From a bacterium UBA2214 (GTDB lineage Bacteria > Zhuqueibacterota > Zhuqueibacteria > Residuimicrobiales > Residuimicrobiaceae): a stretch of DNA of 64,000 nucleotides. The position numbers and the translations under genes were made by a program. Where the stretch lies: the NCBI GenBank assembly GCA_002327255.1, contig DCUM01000165.1:40427-104426 (forward strand), in the 5' to 3' direction. Shown here one piece after another: positions 49,864 to 58,672 of the stretch. How positions within the stretch are numbered: position 1 is the stretch's first letter; each line of letters starts with the position of its first letter. The notes under the pieces are model-generated. The model had not been told where the DNA came from and ran no database searches. It saw only the letters and a program-made list of their open reading frames with translations.

Positions 49864-51347
49864 AGCGTGCCCCCCTCCAACTCCAGCGCAGGCGCCGTTT
49901 TTTTGCCGGCACGCCGCAGCAGGTCGCCCACTTCACGAAACAGGGAACGCTTGATCAGCCACAAGGCGCCCACATAGGCGGCGCCGCAGAGCACGCCGCC
50001 GGCGATGAGATTGAGCAGCATGGCGCCGGGCCACTGTGCATAGATCACAGTCCGCACCGCCAGGGCTACCAGAATCATGACAACACTGGCCACTGCAGCG
50101 GGCCACAACGCCTGAAAAAACTCTCGCATGGTCAGATCCGCCTGACGATTGGTGATGTATTGTATGACCGGGAATGTCAACAGGTATAATCCGGTATAGG
50201 CCGCGGAGGCGCCGACCAGACCGTACCGGCAACCCCAGTAGATGGCGCCGGCAAATGGCACCAGATAGAGCGAATTCCACCAAAACTCGATCTGCGGTTT
50301 GCCGCGCGCTTTCAAAACCGACCCACGAATCGTGCCCACCGATTTGAGCATGGCCATGGGAACCAGTATGATAAGCGGCAGCACCAGCTCTTTCCATTCA
50401 CTGCCCAATACCACCAGGACAAATTCCCGGGCATAGAGCGCCAGTCCCGTCAGAATCGGGAATGTGATCAGGGAGATGTAGCGCATCGAATGCACATATC
50501 CCCATTTGAACGACTTGAGGTCGGACTGCACCGCCGAAAATGCGGGGAAGGTCACGCGCGAGACGATACCGGAGAGGCGCGTCACCGGCAGTTTCACCAG
50601 CTGCATCGCCATGCCATAGACGCCGAGGGCGGAATCGCCGAGAAGCCGGCCGACGATGGTGATATCGGCGTTGGAATTGAGATAAAAAGCGACGTCGTTG
50701 CCGATGACTTTGCTGCTGAAACCGGCCAATTCCCTGAATTCCGGCCAGGCGAAATGGCGTTTGGGTTTGAAACCGCTGTAATGCCAGAACAGGAGCACGG
50801 CGGTCACATCGCGCACCAGCATGGCGATGACGAGGCTCCAAACCCCCTGGCCGCCCAGCGCCAGAGCGATCGCGATGAGGCCATAGACCACGGCGGAGAC
50901 CGTCTCGATGATGCCCAGCTTTTTGAAGGCCATCTCACGCACCAGCAGCGCCTTTTGCACCACGCAAAACGCATCGATGATGAAACCGAGAGCCAGCACG
51001 ATGACGACCGGCTGAATCGCCGGCGTGCGAAAAAAAGAACGCATCGGATAGGATGCCAATACCGAGATAATAAACAGCGTCACGCCGAATGCCAGACTGC
51101 CCCAGAAAAGGGAACTCAGGTGTCCGGCGTGGATGGCTGGTTTTTGCACGATGGCGGTGCCGAGACCGTTATCCGTCACGATTTGAATGGCGATGGTGAT
51201 CAGCGCCGCCATACTGACAAGGCCAAAATCGCTGGTACCGAGCAGGTTGGCGAGGATGATCATCACCACGGAAAGCACCGCCTGCATGGTCATCTTGGCC
51301 ATGCCGGTCCACAGCACCCCCTGCACCGTCTTCTGCTTCAGGCTCAT
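49860..51347 (-). CDS. Second Wzx-type flippase / polysaccharide-biosynthesis (PST) membrane protein
   Basis: 495 aa, 12-14 TM segments, N-terminus QGVLWTGMAKMTMQAVLSVVMIILANLLGTSDFGLVSMAALITIA. Confidence 0.7.
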   Translation of the reverse strand: MSLKQKTVQGVLWTGMAKMTMQAVLSVVMIILANLLGTSDFGLVSMAALITIAIQIVTDNGLGTAIVQKPAIHAGHLSSLFWGSLAFGVTLFIISVLASYPMRSFFRTPAIQPVVIVLALGFIIDAFCVVQKALLVREMAFKKLGIIETVSAVVYGLIAIALALGGQGVWSLVIAMLVRDVTAVLLFWHYSGFKPKRHFAWPEFRELAGFSSKVIGNDVAFYLNSNADITIVGRLLGDSALGVYGMAMQLVKLPVTRLSGIVSRVTFPAFSAVQSDLKSFKWGYVHSMRYISLITFPILTGLALYAREFVLVVLGSEWKELVLPLIILVPMAMLKSVGTIRGSVLKARGKPQIEFWWNSLYLVPFAGAIYWGCRYGLVGASAAYTGLYLLTFPVIQYITNRQADLTMREFFQALWPAAVASVVMILVALAVRTVIYAQWPGAMLLNLIAGGVLCGAAYVGALWLIKRSLFREVGDLLRRAGKKTAPALELEGGTL

Positions 51348-53110
51348 GGCCAGAGCTCCCGCGGCGGGTCGAGGCGTGCGGCGAGGGCGGCTTCAGGCAG
51401 CGCCGGCGCGCCGGCGAGGCGGTAGACGTCCACCCGCCATTTCGATCCCGGAACGGAAGCCAGCCTCTCGTAGCGTTCCGCCACCATGCGGTCGAGAAAA
51501 GCGCGATAGCGGGAAAACTTTTTCTCGGTGTACCCATCCATGATGATGAAAAGCGGCGGCGCCTCCTCAAAATCGCTTTCAAAGTGCGGATCATATTTCA
51601 TAAAGAAAAGCGTCGGATGCGACACCCCGCCCCAGGGCTGCAGTCCGGAGGTATGGGTCCAGATCATGGCGCCGCTGAGGACGGTGTCGCTGCGTTGGCC
51701 CTGCTGCTGCAAAAGTGCCACCACCCGATCGAGTGTCCGCGGCGACCAGCCGCATTCGTATTTGGGCCCGATGACGCTGCCGGAAACCGAAGCCGTCATC
51801 ATCAGCACCGCCAAACCGGCCGCCGTGAGCGGCGCGGTCTCACGCGCAAAGGCGTAGCGGCGGATGAGCAGCACCGCTGCGCTGATCACGACAGCCGCAA
51901 CCACGTGTCCCCACAGCGGCCAGCGCCACTGCCACATCAGGCGCTGCGCCAGGAAGAGCAGGACGAAGAGTCCGCTCACCGTCACAAAACGCTGCAGCAG
52001 ATGCCGGCCCTGCAGCGATCCTCTGATCACCGGAACGGCCAAAATCAGCCAGGCGGGCAGACTCTCCAGGAAATACTGGCTGTAAAAGCCGCGACTCGCC
52101 GACTGAAAAGCATAGGCGAGGAGCAAAATAAAGATCCACAGGGCCAGGAAGAGATAAGCCGGATCTTTCCCGGGTTTGTTTCTCTTGGACAGATAACGTC
52201 CCAGACTCCAGAGAGCGGCTGTCACAATGAAGAAAGAAAAGAGGATGGATTCCCTCCACGCGCGCAGGGTATAACCGACCTCCTGATCCAGAATCCGGAA
52301 TCCTTCACGATCGACAATGCGCATGGCCGCGGGTAGAATCCCGAGGCTGTGGGCCACCCGGTTCCAAACCAGATTCAGCGGATTGAGTTGTGAAAAAAGC
52401 ATCTGCTCGAACGTCAGTGCACCCCCATAAAACCACAGGACCACAGCGCCTACCAGCGCAAACCCCGCGCTGAACACGGCAATTTTTTGCCAGACAAGGC
52501 GTTTGCAAAAGCCCTCCCCAATCCAGAGGCAGAGGACGACGGCGACGGGCAGATAGAGTGTCGATTGACGCACGTAAAAAGCGAGGGCGGCGCTCATCCC
52601 CGCGAGGAGGAGCAAGTCCCATCGCCGCGGCTGCTGCAGCGTCCGTATGAAAAGCCAGGCGCCGACGCAGACGAACAACACCGCCGGCATCTCGGTTTTT
52701 ACCACCGTAGACCAGATGAGGGTGTAGGGCAAAAAAAGATAGATGGCCGCAGCGAGCCAGCCGCTGGCCGCATCGAAGAGCTGCCGGACGATGAGATAGA
52801 TCATCCAGGCGATGGCCAGCGACGCGAAGAGCGGCAGCAGCCTACCGGCTGCGAGACTGGTGCCAAAGGCTTTGACGAAAAGCGCCAGCAGATAGGTATA
52901 GAGCGGCTGCCGTGAGGCATAATCGATGATGGGAACCATCCCCTGCCAGACCAGACGGGCGTCGAGCAGATGCGCGCCTTCGTCCGCGTTGATCCATCGC
53001 ACGGAGAGCAGCGCCAGGCGCAGGAGCAGGGCCAGAGCCAGGGTCACCAGCATCCACAGACCTGACTTTTCGCTCCAGTCGGAGCGTATTTGTTCAAGCC
53101 TGAACTTCAC
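51344..53110 (-). CDS. GT-C-fold membrane glycosyltransferase, PMT/ArnT-like, with a soluble C-terminal domain
   Basis: 588 aa. Loop-1 INADEGAHLLDARLVWQG acidic motif. Roughly 11 TM segments, then a ~200-aa globular tail. Confidence 0.55.
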   Translation of the reverse strand: MKFRLEQIRSDWSEKSGLWMLVTLALALLLRLALLSVRWINADEGAHLLDARLVWQGMVPIIDYASRQPLYTYLLALFVKAFGTSLAAGRLLPLFASLAIAWMIYLIVRQLFDAASGWLAAAIYLFLPYTLIWSTVVKTEMPAVLFVCVGAWLFIRTLQQPRRWDLLLLAGMSAALAFYVRQSTLYLPVAVVLCLWIGEGFCKRLVWQKIAVFSAGFALVGAVVLWFYGGALTFEQMLFSQLNPLNLVWNRVAHSLGILPAAMRIVDREGFRILDQEVGYTLRAWRESILFSFFIVTAALWSLGRYLSKRNKPGKDPAYLFLALWIFILLLAYAFQSASRGFYSQYFLESLPAWLILAVPVIRGSLQGRHLLQRFVTVSGLFVLLFLAQRLMWQWRWPLWGHVVAAVVISAAVLLIRRYAFARETAPLTAAGLAVLMMTASVSGSVIGPKYECGWSPRTLDRVVALLQQQGQRSDTVLSGAMIWTHTSGLQPWGGVSHPTLFFMKYDPHFESDFEEAPPLFIIMDGYTEKKFSRYRAFLDRMVAERYERLASVPGSKWRVDVYRLAGAPALPEAALAARLDPPRELWP

Positions 53111-53853
53111 GATTTTCGCGCCATGCAGAGCAGTGAGAGGCCAAATGGCAAATCGATGAAGCGCATGAGCCCATTCTCGAAATAGAGAATGCCCGTCAAC
53201 AGGGCGTTGAGCGGCGCAGCGATCTCATTGAGATCGGAGGTCCCCTCCTCATGGGGTTTGACACTTCTTTTGCGCAGCAAGCGCACAGCCGCCAGAGCCG
53301 GAAAGAGGACGGTGTTGCGATAGCTGAGCCTGATATCCGTGAAACCGGCACTGTGGAGTTTGCTGCGCATCTCGCGCCGGTTGAAGCGGTGCGCGGTATG
53401 AACCGCGGCATCATGGGAACTCTTGAGCGCATCATAGGCGGGCAAATTGAGAAGAACCAGACCGCCCGGACGCAGGGCGCGATGGATATCCTTGAGGACG
53501 GCCACATCATCGCGGATGCTGCGATGGCAGAGCACATCGAGAGAGAGGATGACATCAAAAGCATTCGCCGCAAAGGGGATTTCATTGATCGAGGCGCGTA
53601 CGAGCCGGTTGAGGCCGCGCTGGCGGCAGCAGACCAATCCATCCGCGGCAAAATCGAATCCGATTCCCGTGATACCCCTTTTTTTCGCAACGTGTTCGAG
53701 AATGCCCCCGGTACCGCATCCGGCATCGAGCAGAGAGGCAGCGGATGAAACGCCGGCCCGGGTCAACATGGTTGTCACCATATGACGAAGACCGTTATAC
53801 CACCAGTAGTGGTCTTCGAGATGATACATGACAGAATATTCTTGTTTTTCCAT
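53107..53853 (-). CDS. Class I SAM-dependent methyltransferase
   Basis: Motif I LLDAGCGTGGI. Post-I acidic residue and motif II VILSLDVLCH. Start set at MEKQEYSVMYH. Confidence 0.75.
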   Translation of the reverse strand: MEKQEYSVMYHLEDHYWWYNGLRHMVTTMLTRAGVSSAASLLDAGCGTGGILEHVAKKRGITGIGFDFAADGLVCCRQRGLNRLVRASINEIPFAANAFDVILSLDVLCHRSIRDDVAVLKDIHRALRPGGLVLLNLPAYDALKSSHDAAVHTAHRFNRREMRSKLHSAGFTDIRLSYRNTVLFPALAAVRLLRKRSVKPHEEGTSDLNEIAAPLNALLTGILYFENGLMRFIDLPFGLSLLCMARKS

Positions 53854-53984
53854 TACTCCTGCCGCTGTTCGCACACTTCCCAACCCGGATAAACCGGAAC
53901 CGTTGCAGGGTGGGTTGGCCGACTTGCGCTCGGCGTTCCCAGGCCAGCTACTTGTTCTCTGGTGCCATCGCTACACGGCACCCT

Positions 53985-54019
53985 GCAACTGCCTGCCGCC
54001 AACTGCCTGCTGCCAACTG
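53985..54019. repeat. Short tandem repeat, about 2.5 copies of a ~13-bp unit (GCCAACTGCCTGC), in an intra-operon gap
   Basis: Direct reading: gcaactgcctgcc gccaactgcctgct gccaactg. A GGTGCC...GGCACC hairpin lies 20 nt away. Confidence 0.4.
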
Positions 54020-54039
54020 AAACACAGGCGGGTCTCCCT

Positions 54040-54094
54040 GCATCTATTGCCATTTTGCAAAAAAAAACCAGAAACTAACCCTCAAACCGGTTTA
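54040..54094 (-). terminator. Candidate weak intrinsic terminator/attenuator at the 3' end of the aminotransferase gene
   Basis: On the minus strand AAACCGG...(15-nt loop containing the TAG stop)...CTGGTTT, followed by T9. The stem is AT-rich, so this is weak. Confidence 0.3.
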
Positions 54095-55175
54095 TCACTT
54101 CAGCCACAAAGCCTACTTCGTCATCACTCAACTCGGGATAAATCGGCAGCGACAGAATCTCCGCAGCGTACTGCTCAGCAAGGGGGAAGGAACCCCTCGG
54201 CAAGCCGAGTTCCTTATAGGCATTTTGAAGATGACAGGGAACCGGATAGTGAATCTGCGTTCCGATGCCGTATTCGGTGAGATGTTTTCGGAGTTTGTCA
54301 CGCTGCGCACAGCGGATCACGTAGAGATGAAAAACGTGATAGACATCGGCCTGCTGCCCGGGCGTGATGATTTTGTCATTCCTGATTTCGCGGTCATAAA
54401 TGGCCGCCATCTGGCGGCGGCGCACATTCCAGGTTTCCAGATAGGGCAGCTGGGCCGAGAGGATGGCGGCTTGCATTTCATCCAGGCGGCTGTTAAATCC
54501 CTTGATCTCATGATAATAACGTTCGAGCTGGCCATAATTCCGCAGCAGCCTGATCTGCTCGGCAAAGCGGTTGTCGCGCGTCACCACCATGCCGGCATCA
54601 CCGAATGCGCCGAGATTTTTGCTGGGATAAAAACTGAAGCATCCGTAGGCGCCGAAGGTTCCGGCTTTGCGGCCTTTGAAGGCGGCACCATGGGCTTGAC
54701 AGGCGTCTTCGATGAGCGCCAATCCATGGCGGTCAGCGATCTCGGTCAACGCCTCGATGGCGCAGAGATTGCCATAGAGATGCACGGGAATGATGGCACG
54801 TGTACGCGGGGTGATGCAGCGCTCCACCAGTTTGACATCCATACAAAATGAAGCGGGATCGATATCCACAAACACCGGCACGCCGCCGGCAAACGAGATG
54901 GCCGAGAGCGTCGGCACCGCGGTGTTGGGCACGGTGATGACTTCGTCGCCCGGCTTGACGCCGGCGGCGACCAGCGCCAGATGCAGGGCTTCGGTACCGG
55001 AGCCAACGCCGATCGCATGCCCAACGCCCAGATATTGCGCAAATTCCGCTTCAAAGCGTTCAAGCTCCTTGCCCAAAATAAACCAGCCGCTGGCGAGTAC
55101 GCGAGCCGCCGCTTTGTCTATATCCGTCTGAATGCTGCGATAATGTCTTCTCAAATCTCCAAATGGAACCCGCAT
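54075..55175 (-). CDS. DegT/DnrJ/EryC1/StrS-family PLP-dependent sugar aminotransferase (ArnB/perosamine-synthase-like)
   Basis: 366 aa. Motifs GWFILGKELERFEAEFAQYLG, AIGVGSGTEAL and the PLP-lysine block FSFYPSKNLGAFGDAG. Confidence 0.85.
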   Translation of the reverse strand: MRVPFGDLRRHYRSIQTDIDKAAARVLASGWFILGKELERFEAEFAQYLGVGHAIGVGSGTEALHLALVAAGVKPGDEVITVPNTAVPTLSAISFAGGVPVFVDIDPASFCMDVKLVERCITPRTRAIIPVHLYGNLCAIEALTEIADRHGLALIEDACQAHGAAFKGRKAGTFGAYGCFSFYPSKNLGAFGDAGMVVTRDNRFAEQIRLLRNYGQLERYYHEIKGFNSRLDEMQAAILSAQLPYLETWNVRRRQMAAIYDREIRNDKIITPGQQADVYHVFHLYVIRCAQRDKLRKHLTEYGIGTQIHYPVPCHLQNAYKELGLPRGSFPLAEQYAAEILSLPIYPELSDDEVGFVAEVINRFEG

Positions 55176-55185
55176 AAAAAAAACC

Positions 55186-56859
55186 TCATTCCGTTCGATT
55201 CAGTTTATCAACCCGATAAATATACGCATAACGTGGCCCGGCCGAGATGGACTCCAGCAGCGTAAATCCCGGCAGCGTTTCGCCCACACCGAGAAAAGCG
55301 ATTGTTTCCAGCCGCCGGTTCTTGTTGACCCATTCCGACCAGGCTGTATGCTGGCTCGCCATGAGATTATAGCTCAACCAGGCCACGTGACTGATGTTCT
55401 GCTGTTTCAGCCAGGGGTGCAATTCCTGCGGCGGCAACTGCGGTGCATCGGTGAGCCGGAAAAAGGCGTCCTGCGGATCCAGCCCGGTATAGTAAGCCAC
55501 TATATTCGGCTGCGACACCAGCAGACGATTTCCTGCGGTGTAATTTTTCTCAAACCACTCTCCCACCAGCCGGAATTCGGCTTTGGCATAGTAGAGTTCA
55601 AAGAGCTCGTTGCGGGTGCGGGAGTTGATATGAAAAGCCAGAAAGATCATCACGCTGACCGCCATAAAAAAAGTCGCCAGACTCTTGACTCTGAATCGTG
55701 GCCAATGAAAAAAGAAAAGCGGTGCCACATAGGCCAGCATCCATACCCAGGAAGGCTGATATTGCGGGTACGGAGAACGGGTGACGATCAGGACATAGAC
55801 GGTAGCGCTCAAAACGCCAATGGCGAGAGCCAGACAGGTTTTCCTGGCCTGGCGACATTTCTGTGACAACCGTGAATGGCGCAGCTGCTCGCGGCCCCAC
55901 CAGCACAATTGAGCGACGCCGTGAACCAGAAATATCAACGCCACCCAGGCGGCCATGACCATATAATCGCTCCCGGAGAAGGGCCATACGACATGCAGGG
56001 CGACAAAGGAGACGAGATAGATGATCAATGCCAGCGTGCTGCGCGCATCGCGGCGCCACAGCGCGAGAAAACCCGCCACGAACAGGAGCGCGCCGAGCAG
56101 GACCCAAACTTTAAACCAGGAGACCGGTAAAAAACCGAACAGTTCGGTTAAAAACATGTAGACAAAATGGAAGTTGAGCGAATAACCGGAAAAATAATCG
56201 CCATAGTTGCTGCCCGGCTCACCGGAACCCTGGAAAAACGTCCACATCACGATGAACAAGGATGAAACGATGGCCAACAGCAAGGAGCGTTTTTTATCGC
56301 GCCCAAAGAAGAAATCAGCGACAAAAAAAGCGGCGATGGCCAGGATGCCCTCATAGCGCACCAGCGTGGCCAGGAAAGCGATGAGATAGGCGCGGCGGTC
56401 GCCACGCAGGTAGCGTTCAAAAGCCCACAGGATCAAAACGGTCAACACGATTTCCGGCTTCGGCTTCAGGGCCATGCGCAGTGTGGAGACATGAAACGCC
56501 CAGATCCACACCACCCAGGGGGCGCTGGAGCGCGCGTAGCGGCGCGTAATGCGCCACAGCAGCCACAGTGCCAGCAAAGCGGACAGGACGCCCAGCGTCT
56601 CCGCTGCATACAGCTCCGCATGGTCGCCGGGCATCATGGTCGAAATGAATGCGATCAGCATGGGATAGAGCGGCGGCCGTTTGAAGTGATCCGGCCACTC
56701 CATGTTGCGCAGGCTGTTTGCCTTTTCGGCATAATCAAAAAAGTCGCTGTCCGGCACCAGGAAATGATTCACCTGCAACACGATTTGCACTGCAAAAACC
56801 GCAAACAGAATCAGCAGAAACCAGGTGGCGGGAACGTTTTTATCAATTTTTCCGAGCAT
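55186..56859 (-). CDS. GT-C-like polytopic membrane protein (fifth PMT/ArnT-like paralog)
   Basis: 557 aa. First loop NHFLVPDSDFFDYAEKANSL (acidic DxD-like motif), more than 10 TM segments, soluble C-terminal domain. Confidence 0.45.
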   Translation of the reverse strand: MLGKIDKNVPATWFLLILFAVFAVQIVLQVNHFLVPDSDFFDYAEKANSLRNMEWPDHFKRPPLYPMLIAFISTMMPGDHAELYAAETLGVLSALLALWLLWRITRRYARSSAPWVVWIWAFHVSTLRMALKPKPEIVLTVLILWAFERYLRGDRRAYLIAFLATLVRYEGILAIAAFFVADFFFGRDKKRSLLLAIVSSLFIVMWTFFQGSGEPGSNYGDYFSGYSLNFHFVYMFLTELFGFLPVSWFKVWVLLGALLFVAGFLALWRRDARSTLALIIYLVSFVALHVVWPFSGSDYMVMAAWVALIFLVHGVAQLCWWGREQLRHSRLSQKCRQARKTCLALAIGVLSATVYVLIVTRSPYPQYQPSWVWMLAYVAPLFFFHWPRFRVKSLATFFMAVSVMIFLAFHINSRTRNELFELYYAKAEFRLVGEWFEKNYTAGNRLLVSQPNIVAYYTGLDPQDAFFRLTDAPQLPPQELHPWLKQQNISHVAWLSYNLMASQHTAWSEWVNKNRRLETIAFLGVGETLPGFTLLESISAGPRYAYIYRVDKLNRTE

Positions 56860-56948
56860 CTCAAATAACTCTTGAGCTAGAGAACTAGCGCCGTGTCAAT
56901 CAACGAACCCTCCCCCCTGCGTCGTCATCAGAACACACGCTGCAACCA

Positions 56949-57956
56949 TCACGACCAATAGTGTGCTTTGTGCTGTTTGTAAAAGGCAACCGTCTTTTCG
57001 AGACCGGTTTTCATGTCGGTGCGATAGCGCCACCCCAATACCGCGCGAATCTTGCGGTAATCGGCGTAAAAATCGCCGATATCGATGCGCTTCTTCTCGG
57101 CCGGAAAGGGCACCATCTCGAAATTGCCGCCCCCGGCCGTTTGCAGCAGCAGTTTGACGAAATCAGCCAGCATCATGGGCTCATCACCGCCGAGGTTGTA
57201 GATGCTGCCGTTGCAATCATCGAAGGCGGCAGCCAGACAGAAAGCATCGACCACGTCATCCACATAATTAAAATCGCGAATCTGCTTGCCATCGCCGAAG
57301 AGGCGGATGGTTTCGCCCTCGATGGCCTGACGGATGAAGACGCTGATAAAACCCTGGCGATTGTGTTTCATCAGTTGCCGCGGCCCATAGGTATTGGTCA
57401 GCCGCAGCGAAGTGGCACGGATGCCGTAGACGTTGTTGTAGAGGATGTGATACCACTCGCCGGCCATCTTGTTGATGCCATTGACGTCGGTCGGGTGCTG
57501 CGGATGTTTTTCATCCACCGGCAGATAGTCCGGTTTGCCGTACTGCTGCCGGGTGCCGGCAAAGACGATCTTCACATCCGGATTGTTGTGGCGGCAGGCT
57601 TCCAGCATGGAGAGCTGCGAGCGGCAGTTGATCTCGAGATCGGTGTAGGGATCCTCCATGCTGTCGATGTGACTCACCTGTCCGGCCAGATTGAAGATGA
57701 AATCCTGATCTTTGACCAGATAATTCATGCTGTATTGATCACGGATATCCGCGATGTTGATCTGTACCTGCTTTTCGACCCCCGCAACGTTGAAGAGATT
57801 GCCCCCATACTGCGGAAGCAACGAATCCACGATCAATACCCGGGCATCATACGATACCAGCCGGTGCGCCAGATTGCTGCCGATGAAACCCAGGCCGCCG
57901 GTGATCAGGCACTTCTTGCCCCTGAACGTTTTCGGCAGTTGCTCACGCTTTGGCAT
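56949..57956 (-). CDS. NAD-dependent sugar-nucleotide epimerase/dehydratase (SDR; UDP-glucuronate decarboxylase / 4-epimerase-like)
   Basis: Rossmann motif CLITGGLGFIGSNLAHRLV. Catalytic region VNGINKMAGE (YxxxK). Confidence 0.8.
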   Translation of the reverse strand: MPKREQLPKTFRGKKCLITGGLGFIGSNLAHRLVSYDARVLIVDSLLPQYGGNLFNVAGVEKQVQINIADIRDQYSMNYLVKDQDFIFNLAGQVSHIDSMEDPYTDLEINCRSQLSMLEACRHNNPDVKIVFAGTRQQYGKPDYLPVDEKHPQHPTDVNGINKMAGEWYHILYNNVYGIRATSLRLTNTYGPRQLMKHNRQGFISVFIRQAIEGETIRLFGDGKQIRDFNYVDDVVDAFCLAAAFDDCNGSIYNLGGDEPMMLADFVKLLLQTAGGGNFEMVPFPAEKKRIDIGDFYADYRKIRAVLGWRYRTDMKTGLEKTVAFYKQHKAHYWS

Positions 57957-58668
57957 TACGGCCCTCCCCGCGTACGACCAGCCGCAACCAGAGTTTTGAA
58001 AAATCCCGGGCGACGTGATAGAGACGGCTAAAGTTGAAGAACTGCGACTTGCCGGAAGAGCGGAAAAAATGGTTGACCCCGACCTCGGCGAATTTGCTTC
58101 CCTGACGGCTGATCTTGTGAATCATCTCCACGCAGATGGTGCCACTGTTGGAGGTCAATTCGATGGTGTCGAAAATCTTGCGGCGCATGAGCCGGAAGTC
58201 GCAATCCACATCGGTGATCGGCAGGGCAAAGAGCAGTTTGGCGGTGTACTGATAGATCTTGCCGAGCACGACGCGATAAAACGGGTCGTGGCGTTTGATC
58301 TTGAAGCCGTTGACAACATCGACGCCATCGTTCATGGCAGCGGCGAGGAGTAACAACTGGCGCACATCGTACTGCGCATCGCCATCGGTGTAAAAAATAA
58401 AATCCTTGCGCGCTTCCTTGAAACCGGTGCGGAGTGCGCCGCCGTAGCCGCGATTTTGTTCATGGTGAATGACGCGAATCTGCGGAAATCGTGACTCCAA
58501 AAAAGTGAGGATTTCCTGGGTCTTTTCTTCGCTGCCGTCATCCACCAGGATCACTTCATAGTCGTCGGTAATTTTCTCCGCAGCGGTGATGGCCTGGGCC
58601 GCCATCGAGGTGATGGTGCCCCAATCATTGTAGACCGGGAAAAATATCGACAGAGAAGACAATTTCAT
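57943..58668 (-). CDS. GT2 glycosyltransferase (polyprenyl-phosphate HexNAc synthase-like)
   Basis: Start at MKLSSLSIFFPVYNDW. DxD block ILVDDGSEEKT...YTDGDAQYD. The start overlaps the stop of the downstream deacetylase gene (ATGA-type coupling). Confidence 0.75.
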   Translation of the reverse strand: MKLSSLSIFFPVYNDWGTITSMAAQAITAAEKITDDYEVILVDDGSEEKTQEILTFLESRFPQIRVIHHEQNRGYGGALRTGFKEARKDFIFYTDGDAQYDVRQLLLLAAAMNDGVDVVNGFKIKRHDPFYRVVLGKIYQYTAKLLFALPITDVDCDFRLMRRKIFDTIELTSNSGTICVEMIHKISRQGSKFAEVGVNHFFRSSGKSQFFNFSRLYHVARDFSKLWLRLVVRGEGRNAKA

Positions 58669-58672
58669 GGCG

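Noticed and set aside
54075-57956. Complete arn (Ara4N) operon
   Set aside because: ArnB-like and UXS/ArnA-C-like genes are present, but there is no formyltransferase domain and no NodB-type ArnD. The deacetylase is YdjC-type, so a NaxD-like HexN pathway is the better reading.
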